Below, piece by piece: positions 1 to 6,972 of a stretch of 16,310 nucleotides of DNA. Position 1 is the first letter of the stretch. Each line of letters opens with the position of its first letter. Where the stretch lies: contig JAYVCD010000436.1 in the NCBI GenBank assembly GCA_043750125.1, positions 1 to 16,310 of the forward strand, read 5' to 3'. The translations under genes and the position numbers were made by a program. The notes beneath the pieces were generated by a model. It saw only the letters and a program-made list of their open reading frames with translations. It was not told the DNA's origin and made no database searches. Source of the stretch: Archangiaceae bacterium (lineage in GTDB: Bacteria > Myxococcota > Myxococcia > Myxococcales > Myxococcaceae).

Positions 1-514
1 CAATCGAGTTGGCCTGCAGCTTTCGCCCGCTCGGCAGCAGCGTCTCTACCGGGGCCCGAGGCCAGAGCACCTCGAGCTCGACGCCTCCGCCCATGTCGAT
101 CCGCAGCAGCTCTGCCGGAGCTTCCGGGTCGGGAATCGGGAGCACGATTTGAACGCCCTGCTGCTGCAGTCGCTGGATCAACGCTTCATGCCCGGCCCCC
201 TGATCGCGAAGCCCCGGATCGAGAAACCGGCGGGCCCCGAGCCCATGAATCAGCTCTTCCAACGCTCCCTGGTGCTCGTCTGCCGCGTGGGTCAACACCA
301 CCAGGTCGAGCTCGTCTTTGACCAGCTGGGGAATGCGCAACCGGAGGTGATTTCCCGCCGCCTGGGGCCCCGCGTCAATCAGCACGCTGCGCCCCACCGG
401 AGAGACCAGCAGCGTGGCGTCGCCGTGGCCGACATCGAAAAAGTACGCGTGAAACTTCCCGTCGGCCGCCGGCAGCGCGGTCAGAGACGCCAGCAAGGGC
501 AGAGCGAGCAGCAC
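1..514 (-). CDS. ComEC/Rec2-like metallo-beta-lactamase-fold hydrolase, 5' part only (runs off the window edge), with a hydrophobic signal-like N-terminus
   Basis: Translated by hand from GTG at 514 (in-frame TGA just upstream): VLLALPLLASLTALPAADGKFHAYFFDVGHGDATLLVSPVGRSVLIDAGP...DLVVLTHAADEHQGAL...ELEVLWP...QANSI. DVGxGDA, xLIDxG, THxxxxHxG, L(W)P and NS motifs occur in the order typical of ComEC-type MBL domains. Missing from the ORF track because no stop codon is in the window. Confidence 0.8.
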   Translation of the reverse strand, partial: MLLALPLLASLTALPAADGKFHAYFFDVGHGDATLLVSPVGRSVLIDAGPQAAGNHLRLRIPQLVKDELDLVVLTHAADEHQGALEELIHGLGARRFLDPGLRDQGAGHEALIQRLQQQGVQIVLPIPDPEAPAELLRIDMGGGVELEVLWPRAPVETLLPSGRKLQANSI

Positions 515-582
515 GAGAGGCCATCAGTATAGGGGCGCGGAAGTTCCCCCTCTGCGGGCTTTGGAGTAACAAACCGCCCCCA

Positions 583-1485
583 ATGGCCGACGACGAGAAC
601 GCAGTGGTCGACGAAGTGGTTTCGCGGGTCAAGCGGCGGCTGGACGCGCTCGACGCAGGGAAGAACGCTCCCTGCACCACCGCCCCGGCCCGAGGGGCCC
701 TGGCCCCCGCCGACGAGTGCGCCGAGTCCTGCTCGGTCTGCCCGAACCACGATTCCTGCGGGACGCTGCTCGCAGTCAAAGGCGGCGCAGCACGGATCAG
801 CCCCGACAAGGTGAGGACCAGCGGCGACATCGCCCCCTACATCGATCACACCCTGCTCAAGCCCGAAGCGACCCGCGAGGAAGTGCTCAAGCTGTGTGAT
901 GAGGCCCGCCGTCACAGCTTCGCGACCGTCTGTCTGAATTCGATCAACATCGCGACGGCCGCCCGAGCGCTGGCCGGCTCGCGCGTCGTTCCGATTGCAG
1001 TCGTCGGCTTTCCGCTGGGGGCCTCGCTGCCCACCGCCAAGGCCTTCGAAGCGCGCGAAGCGATTCGCTGCGGTGCGAAGGAAATCGACATGGTGGTGAA
1101 CCTCGGCGCGCTCAGGTCCAAGGACTACGCGCTGGTGCTCAAGGACATCCAGCTGGTGGTCCAGGCCGCGGGTCGGATTCCGGTGAAGGTCATTCTCGAA
1201 ACGTCCCAGCTGACCCTCGAAGAAAAGATCGTCGGCTGCGCGCTCTCGAAGGCGGCCGGCGCTGCCTTCGTAAAGACGTCGACCGGCTTTGCCGGCGGCG
1301 GCGCAACCGCGGAAGACGTGATGCTGATGCGCAAGGTCGTCGGCGACGACGTGGGCGTGAAGGCCTCGGGCGGAATTCGCAGCACCGACGATGCGATGAA
1401 GATGATCGCCGCGGGCGCCAACCGCATCGGCGCCTCGGCTTCGGTGGCGATCATCACCGGTGGCACTTCGACCTCCAAGTACTGA
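583..1485 (+). CDS. deoC: Deoxyribose-phosphate aldolase with an ~80 aa N-terminal extension
   Basis: Motifs IDHTLLKP, VVGFPLGA, EIDMVVN, VKVILET, FVKTSTGF (Schiff-base Lys), VKASGGIR and GANRIGASA. Confidence 0.96.
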   Translation: MADDENAVVDEVVSRVKRRLDALDAGKNAPCTTAPARGALAPADECAESCSVCPNHDSCGTLLAVKGGAARISPDKVRTSGDIAPYIDHTLLKPEATREEVLKLCDEARRHSFATVCLNSINIATAARALAGSRVVPIAVVGFPLGASLPTAKAFEAREAIRCGAKEIDMVVNLGALRSKDYALVLKDIQLVVQAAGRIPVKVILETSQLTLEEKIVGCALSKAAGAAFVKTSTGFAGGGATAEDVMLMRKVVGDDVGVKASGGIRSTDDAMKMIAAGANRIGASASVAIITGGTSTSKY

Positions 1486-1507
1486 AGAGCGCGGTAAGAA
1501 GCGCCCC

Positions 1508-3220
1508 ATGGACGCGACCGAACTGAAGAGCAGGGCCGAGGCCTGGCTTGGGCACGATGTAGATCCAGGCACCCGCGCTGAAGTCACGGCGCTGCTCAAG
1601 GCCAACAACCTCGTCGAGCTCGAAGATCGCTTCGGCGCCAGCCTGGAATTCGGCACCGCCGGGCTGCGCGGAATCATGGGTGGAGGAACCAACCGGATGA
1701 ACCGCGCGGTCGTGCTGCGAACGACGGCCGGCCTCGCCCGCTACTTGAAGGCCCACGTCCCCGACGTGACCACCCGCGGGGTCGTCGTCTGCCGCGACGG
1801 GAGAAAGCTGAGCGAAGCCTTCACCGTCGACGCCGCCCAGGCCCTGGCGGCCGAAGGGATTCCAGCGCTGGTCTTTTCGAAGCTGGGCCCGACTCCGCTG
1901 TGCGCGTTCGCGGTGCTGCAGCTGAAAGCAGCGGCCGGAATCATGATCACCGCCAGCCACAACCCTCCTGAGTACAACGGGTACAAGGTGTACTGGGGCA
2001 ACGGGGCACAAATCGTCCCTCCCCATGATGGAGGCATCGCTGCGGCGATCGACGCGATCGAGCCCGCGGACGAGGTGAAGGTGATGGGGGAAGCCGAGGC
2101 GCGAAAGAAGAACCTCTGGCGCGAGATCGGGCCCCAGGTCGAGCGCGCCTACCTCGATGCGATTCTCGCTTTGCGCCCGACCCGCCAGACCGCCGGCCTC
2201 AAGATCGTCTACTCGGCGATGCACGGAGTGGGCGGTGCGCTGGTGCAGCAGGCGATGGCCGAAGCGGGCTTCACCGACTTTTTTCCAGTGCCCGCGCAGT
2301 TCGAGCCCGACGGAAATTTTCCCACCGTGGCCTTCCCCAACCCGGAAGAGAAGGGCGCGCTCGACCTGTCGACCGCGCTGGCGGAAGAAAAGTCGGCCGA
2401 CCTGGTGCTCGCCAATGATCCCGATGCCGACCGCCTCGCGGCGATGGCGCGCGAGCCGAACGGAACGCTTCGGGCGCTCTCGGGAAACGAGCTGGGCGTC
2501 CTGCTCGGCCACTACCTCTTGAGCCAGAAGCGCGTCCCCCACCCGTTGGTCATCACCACCATCGTCTCGTCTGGGCAGCTCAAGGCGATCGCCGCGGCGA
2601 TGGGCGCCCACTATGAAGAGACCCTCACCGGCTTCAAGTGGATCGCCAACCGCGCGCTCGAGCTGCTGCCGGAAGGAAAGAACTTCATCTTCGGGTACGA
2701 GGAAGCGCTCGGCTACACGGTGGGCACCGTGGCCCGCGACAAGGACGGAATCGGCTCGGCGTTGGTCGTCGCCGACATGGCCGCCGCGTGCAAAGCCCGG
2801 GGGACCACCCTGTTGGGGTACCTGGAAGAAGTGCAGCGCGCCCATGGGCTGTTCGTGGCCCGGCAGGCCAACTTCACCTTCCCCGGGGTCAGCGGAGCCG
2901 CGACCATCGCGCGGGTGATGCAGGGCCTTCGCGCCGAAGCGCCGACCACGGTGGGTGAGCTGAAGGTCGAGGGCGTCAACGACTACCTGGCCCAGAGCCT
3001 GCTGCCCAAATCGAACGTGCTGGCCTACCTGCTGGCCGGGGGGTCGCGGGTGACGGTGCGACCCAGCGGCACCGAGCCGAAAATTAAATTTTACTTTGAG
3101 CTCAAAGAGACGCTCACTGTCGGTGAGTCGATGCCCAACGCACGCGCGCGCGCGCAGCAAAAGCTCGAGGCGATGGAACACAATTTTCTGCAGCTGGCTC
3201 GGACCCGGGGATTGCCATGA
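1508..3220 (+). CDS. Phospho-sugar mutase of the alpha-D-phosphohexomutase family (PGM/PMM; possibly acting as a phosphopentomutase)
   Basis: FGTAGLRG, ITASHNP (catalytic phosphoserine), NDPDADR (metal loop), GYEEALG (sugar loop) and VRPSGTEPKIKFY (phosphate loop). ATG 1508 is preferred over the track start at 1460, which overlaps deoC. Confidence 0.93.
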   Translation: MDATELKSRAEAWLGHDVDPGTRAEVTALLKANNLVELEDRFGASLEFGTAGLRGIMGGGTNRMNRAVVLRTTAGLARYLKAHVPDVTTRGVVVCRDGRKLSEAFTVDAAQALAAEGIPALVFSKLGPTPLCAFAVLQLKAAAGIMITASHNPPEYNGYKVYWGNGAQIVPPHDGGIAAAIDAIEPADEVKVMGEAEARKKNLWREIGPQVERAYLDAILALRPTRQTAGLKIVYSAMHGVGGALVQQAMAEAGFTDFFPVPAQFEPDGNFPTVAFPNPEEKGALDLSTALAEEKSADLVLANDPDADRLAAMAREPNGTLRALSGNELGVLLGHYLLSQKRVPHPLVITTIVSSGQLKAIAAAMGAHYEETLTGFKWIANRALELLPEGKNFIFGYEEALGYTVGTVARDKDGIGSALVVADMAAACKARGTTLLGYLEEVQRAHGLFVARQANFTFPGVSGAATIARVMQGLRAEAPTTVGELKVEGVNDYLAQSLLPKSNVLAYLLAGGSRVTVRPSGTEPKIKFYFELKETLTVGESMPNARARAQQKLEAMEHNFLQLARTRGLP

Positions 3221-3975
3221 AAAATCTGATTCTTGCGCTGGTCTTGATCTCTTCGGGCGCAGTGAGCGCCCAGGTTCGGGCCGGAGGGCCTCCTCCGACT
3301 CCGCCTCCTGAGCCGCTGGTGAGCGTTTCCAATGGAAGCTGGGGAGTCGTCGGGGCGCTCACGGCACCCCAGGGCGCGAACGTCATCGAAGCAGGTCTGG
3401 GCTGGCCGGGGGGCCACGCCAGCTTCCTGCACGGACTTACCCATCAGCTCGAGCTGGGCGGGCGCTTCACCTTCAACTACGGAGTCGAGGGTTTGCTCGG
3501 CTACAACACCATCGCCCCGGGCCTGAAGCTTCAGTTCCTCGCCCGCCTCAAGTTCTTCGACAACGGAAAGGTGTCTTTGGCGGCGCGGTTCGAGCCGGGG
3601 CTGCTGGTCTATTTCTACCCTTCGACGTCGGGCAACATCACCTGCACCGCGGACCAGTTTGGAAACGTGATTTGTGGCCGCGCCACCTCGACCGTCGCCG
3701 TCGGAGGGCTGACGATCCCGATGGGCGTGCGGCTGGGAATCGTCGCCTCGAGCGCGATCAACGTCGGGGTCTCGTTCGACCTTCCGATCTGGTTCTCGTT
3801 CGGAAGGACGGCCTTCGTCTACATCCCGGTGCTGATGGGCGTGGGAGTCGAGTACTTCCTCCAGTCGAACCTGCTGCTCTCGTTCAACATCAAGATGGGG
3901 CCCACGCTCTCGAGCGCGGCCGGTTCGGCGGTCTTCACCCTGGAGTCCAAGATCGGGGTCGGTTATCGCTTTTAG
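3217..3975 (+). CDS. Exported protein, probable outer-membrane beta-barrel
   Basis: Sec signal peptide (MKNLILALVLISSGAVSA), Pro-rich linker, alternating amphipathic beta-strands rich in G/F/Y, and C-terminal GVGYRF beta-signal. ATGA overlap with the mutase stop. Confidence 0.72.
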   Translation: MKNLILALVLISSGAVSAQVRAGGPPPTPPPEPLVSVSNGSWGVVGALTAPQGANVIEAGLGWPGGHASFLHGLTHQLELGGRFTFNYGVEGLLGYNTIAPGLKLQFLARLKFFDNGKVSLAARFEPGLLVYFYPSTSGNITCTADQFGNVICGRATSTVAVGGLTIPMGVRLGIVASSAINVGVSFDLPIWFSFGRTAFVYIPVLMGVGVEYFLQSNLLLSFNIKMGPTLSSAAGSAVFTLESKIGVGYRF

Positions 3976-3984
3976 CCCGCACCC

Positions 3985-4632
3985 TTAAGCCTGGGTCACC
4001 GGCTCTTGGCTTTGGGCCAGCCGCGCGAGCAGCTCGTCGCGCTCGGCTTCCAGCTGAACCACCCGCGCGACCAGGTCGCGGGTCGCATCGTCGATTCGGA
4101 CCTCGACGACGTGCTGCAACAGCTCGAGCTCGGTGCGGTGTTGAAAGACTTCCTTGTCGCGGCTCTTGAGCGTCTGTTCCATGTACCGCAGCCCTTCGGC
4201 CAGCGCGGCCCGTTCGAACATCACCCGCTGGTGATCGAAGGCTGCCTTCAGCCGCTGCAGCACCAGCCCCAACTCGGCGAAAGGCTTCTCGAGGTAGTCG
4301 TTGGCGCCCAGCCGCATCGATTCGACGACCGACTCAGTGGTCGGATAGCCGGTCATCACCAGGCACGCGCAGTAGGGGTAGAGCCGGCGCGCCTCTTTGA
4401 TGATCTCGAGCCCGTTTTTTCCCGGCAGGTTCTTGTCGGTCAGCACCGCACCGAAGTGTTCCTTCCCCAGAGCGACGAAGGCCTCTTCGGCGTTGGTGAC
4501 GCAGGTGACCGGGTAGCCCCCTTTCTTCAGGGCGATCTTGAGAACGTCGAGCACGACCTGCTCGTCGTCCACCACCAACACGGATTTGGGTAGGGGGCTC
4601 TCGCCGGGCAAGGCCGACAGTCTCACCGCCAA
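3985..4632 (-). CDS. Response regulator (REC domain plus C-terminal coiled coil, no evident DNA-binding domain)
   Basis: VLVVDDE, VLTDKNLPGKNG (phosphoacceptor Asp), VMTGY and YLEKPF, followed by an E/L/R-rich heptad-like tail. Start uncertain (TTG 4632 or GTG 4626). Confidence 0.9.
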   Translation of the reverse strand: MAVRLSALPGESPLPKSVLVVDDEQVVLDVLKIALKKGGYPVTCVTNAEEAFVALGKEHFGAVLTDKNLPGKNGLEIIKEARRLYPYCACLVMTGYPTTESVVESMRLGANDYLEKPFAELGLVLQRLKAAFDHQRVMFERAALAEGLRYMEQTLKSRDKEVFQHRTELELLQHVVEVRIDDATRDLVARVVQLEAERDELLARLAQSQEPVTQA

Positions 4633-4644
4633 ACGGCATCCCGT

Positions 4645-5331
4645 CTAGGCTTGCTGTTCGCGAAAGCCGATTCCGTCGAAGATCAACGAGACGAGGGCGT
4701 TGGGCACTTCCAGCGGGTTGCCCACGTCTTGATCGAGCAGCACTCCGAGAATCAGCTTCTCGCACGCCCCGACCACCGTCAGGGCGCTCACCGCCGGCGG
4801 GAACTGTTTGAAGATGCGCAGCTGCTGGGCTTTCCGGGCCAGGTCGATCGCGATCCGGTTGATCTCGTCCGACAGCTTGACCAGCGGCCGGCGCGCGCCC
4901 ACCGCCGGAGCCCGACTCTCTTGCAGGTACAGCCGCACCACCCCGGGGTGCTCCATCAGCAGCGACGCCAGCGCGCCACCAATTCGCCGGTACGCGGAAA
5001 ACTGCAGCTGGCGGTCGACCGCTTTTTCCAGCGCCTGGGAAGCTTCGTCGAAGGCGTCGATCAACACCTGGCGGGACGGGCCGACCAGCGCCTCGACCAA
5101 CCCTTCCTGGTCTTTGAAATATCGGTAGAAGCTGCCTTTGGCCACGTCTGCCGCGCGGGTGATGTCGTCCACCGAGACGCCTTCGACTCCCCGCGCCAGA
5201 AACAACAGCAGCGCGGCGTCGAGCAACCCCCGTTCCTTCTCTTTGCGGTTGGTGTCCCGCACGCCTCCCGGCTTCCCCGGCCGCTTTGACAGGCGCTGAA
5301 GCCTTTGCTTATGTTGTGACTTATTGGTCAT
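4645..5331 (-). CDS. TetR/AcrR family transcriptional regulator
   Basis: N-terminal HTH: LLDAALLLFLARGVEGVSVDDITRAADVAKGSFYRYFKDQEGL. Confidence 0.93.
   Translation of the reverse strand: MTNKSQHKQRLQRLSKRPGKPGGVRDTNRKEKERGLLDAALLLFLARGVEGVSVDDITRAADVAKGSFYRYFKDQEGLVEALVGPSRQVLIDAFDEASQALEKAVDRQLQFSAYRRIGGALASLLMEHPGVVRLYLQESRAPAVGARRPLVKLSDEINRIAIDLARKAQQLRIFKQFPPAVSALTVVGACEKLILGVLLDQDVGNPLEVPNALVSLIFDGIGFREQQA
5286..5315 (+). promoter_or_regulatory. Putative sigma70-type promoter for the hydroxylase gene
   Basis: Perfect -35 TTGACA (5286-5291), 18-nt spacer and TATGTT (5310-5315) in an AT-rich patch about 40 nt upstream of ATG 5355. Confidence 0.55.
5317..5330. promoter_or_regulatory. 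Putative TetR operator palindrome
   Basis: TGAC-TTATTG-GTCA (TGAC-N6-GTCA) lies directly after the -10 element and overlaps the tetR start codon. Confidence 0.55.
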
Positions 5332-5354
5332 CTTTTGTTTCGAGGAATCTTCTC

Positions 5355-5894
5355 ATGATCGGAATTCCACTGGGCCTGGCGTACACAAACATCAGTGAGT
5401 GGCTGATTCACAAATACTGGCTGCATGGGTTGGGGAAGAACAAGAAGAGCTTCTGGTCCTTTCATTGGCATGAGCATCACCGGGAAGCGCGGAAGCACCA
5501 GATGTACGATCCGCAATACCGGGAATCGGTCTTCAGCTGGTCTCCGCAGGGCAAAGAGGTCCTCGCGTTGCTCGGCGGAGTGGTGGCCGTGGCTCCCCTG
5601 CTTCCCCTGGCTCCCTTCTTCACCCTCACCGTCTGGTACCGCACCTTGCGGTACTACCAGTTGCACAAGAAGGCGCACCTCGACCCCGAGTGGGCCAAAG
5701 AGCATCTGCCCTGGCACTACGACCACCACATGGGCAAAGACCAGAACGCCAATTGGTGTGTCACCCACCCGTGGTTCGACCACGTGATGGGGACGCGGAA
5801 GAAGTACCGCTACGACGCGAAGGGGCGCCCGATGGACGCTCACCCCTCGCCCGTGCCGACGGACGGTGGCGTTTCGTCCGGCGTGGCGGCCTGA
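5355..5894 (+). CDS. Fatty-acid hydroxylase / sterol desaturase superfamily membrane di-metal enzyme
   Basis: His boxes HKYWLH, HWHEHH, LHKKAH and HYDHH, then NWCVTHPWFDHVMGT (family NxGxxxxxWDxxFGT-like), with hydrophobic segments. RBS GAGGA at 5342-5346 supports ATG 5355 over the track start at 5286. Confidence 0.85.
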   Translation: MIGIPLGLAYTNISEWLIHKYWLHGLGKNKKSFWSFHWHEHHREARKHQMYDPQYRESVFSWSPQGKEVLALLGGVVAVAPLLPLAPFFTLTVWYRTLRYYQLHKKAHLDPEWAKEHLPWHYDHHMGKDQNANWCVTHPWFDHVMGTRKKYRYDAKGRPMDAHPSPVPTDGGVSSGVAA

Positions 5895-5913
5895 ACCGAG
5901 GATCCGCCGGAAA

Positions 5914-6318
5914 CTATTTGCGCGGGTTCAGCTTCGGCCGGTCGGTGACGATGCCTTCTTGTTTCTCGGCGCGTTCCACCCGCTCGACCCGGGGGCCATG
6001 CGTTTGTCCCACGGCGCCGAGGAACGCCCGGGCCATTCCCCGTTCGTCTTCGGAGGCCAGGGGCAGCAGCAGCGCGCACACCGCCGAATGACCATGGGCG
6101 GCAGCCTTGAGCAGCGCGGTTTCCTGCTCGGAGTCTTTGAGCATCGGCTCGGCGCCCGGGGCCAGCAGCACCTCGACCAGCTCGGCGTTGCCCATTCGCG
6201 CCGCTTCGATCAGCGGAGTCGAGCCCGAAGGCCCCAGCTGGTTGATGTCCTCGCCTGCTTCCAGCCGGGTGAGCACCGCCTCGCCGTCCGCCGCTTCGAC
6301 TGCCTCGTAGAGAGTCAT
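5914..6318 (-). CDS. Ankyrin-repeat protein
   Basis: AGEDINQ, GSTPLIEAARMGNAELVEVLL..GA and ETALLKAAAHGHSAVCALLL match the ankyrin consensus GxTPLHxAAxxGxxxxVxxLL. Confidence 0.87.
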   Translation of the reverse strand: MTLYEAVEAADGEAVLTRLEAGEDINQLGPSGSTPLIEAARMGNAELVEVLLAPGAEPMLKDSEQETALLKAAAHGHSAVCALLLPLASEDERGMARAFLGAVGQTHGPRVERVERAEKQEGIVTDRPKLNPRK

Positions 6319-6330
6319 CGGAAGGCCGTT

Positions 6331-6972
6331 CTATCGCATCAATGGCTGCAGCAGCTTCTTCAGCGCGGCGTGACGGCGGGGGACCGAGCGGTGAAAGGGC
6401 AGCGGACCCAGCACCAGCACCCGGTGGCGGGCCTTGAGCCAGGCGGGGTTGTCGACCTCGGCCGGGTCGACGGCCACAGTCGACTTCACCAGCACGACCG
6501 CCCGAACCGCGAGGCGGCGAGCGCGAAGCAGATCGAGGCTCAGCGCGACGTGGTTCAAGGTCCCCAGGCCCGCCCGGGCGACGAGGATGATCGGCAGCTT
6601 CAGCGCCGCGGCCAGGTCGACTACGTCGTGACTCGCATCGAGCGGAACGCGAAGGCCGCCCGCGCCTTCGACCACCCCCGGCCCTTCAAACGATTGGAAA
6701 GTGCGCAGCGTCTTCTTCCACGACGAAGGCCCGGCGATCGCCGGAGCCAGCGGGGCCTCGAAGCGATGAACGCACACGGTGGTGATCGGCTGCCAACTTC
6801 CGGCGCACGCACGCAGCCACGCGGCGTCGGGGGGAACGTCGCGCACGCCCGTCTCGTACGGCTTGAAGGCGAACGGACGCTGGCCCGCGTCGACGAACAG
6901 CGAGAGCAGGGCGCCGGCCACCTGGGTCTTTCCGACTCCGGTGTCGGTGCCGGTGACGAAGAAGCCCTTCAC
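6331..6972 (-). CDS. bioD: Dethiobiotin synthase
   Basis: FVTGTDTGVGKT P-loop, FKP..TG, VEGAGG and LGTLNH. GTGA overlap with the bioA stop. Confidence 0.95.
   Translation of the reverse strand: MKGFFVTGTDTGVGKTQVAGALLSLFVDAGQRPFAFKPYETGVRDVPPDAAWLRACAGSWQPITTVCVHRFEAPLAPAIAGPSSWKKTLRTFQSFEGPGVVEGAGGLRVPLDASHDVVDLAAALKLPIILVARAGLGTLNHVALSLDLLRARRLAVRAVVLVKSTVAVDPAEVDNPAWLKARHRVLVLGPLPFHRSVPRRHAALKKLLQPLMR

Noticed and set aside
149..532. 127-aa plus-strand ORF
   Set aside because: Antisense to the ComEC-like MBL gene found on the minus strand.
3143..3155. (CG)n dinucleotide run in the mutase gene
   Set aside because: Encodes in-frame ARARA, the ORF is intact, and such runs are expected at this GC content.
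481..3181. Long minus-strand ORFs 481-1692 and 1454-3181
   Set aside because: Antisense to deoC and the mutase, both of which have complete motif sets.
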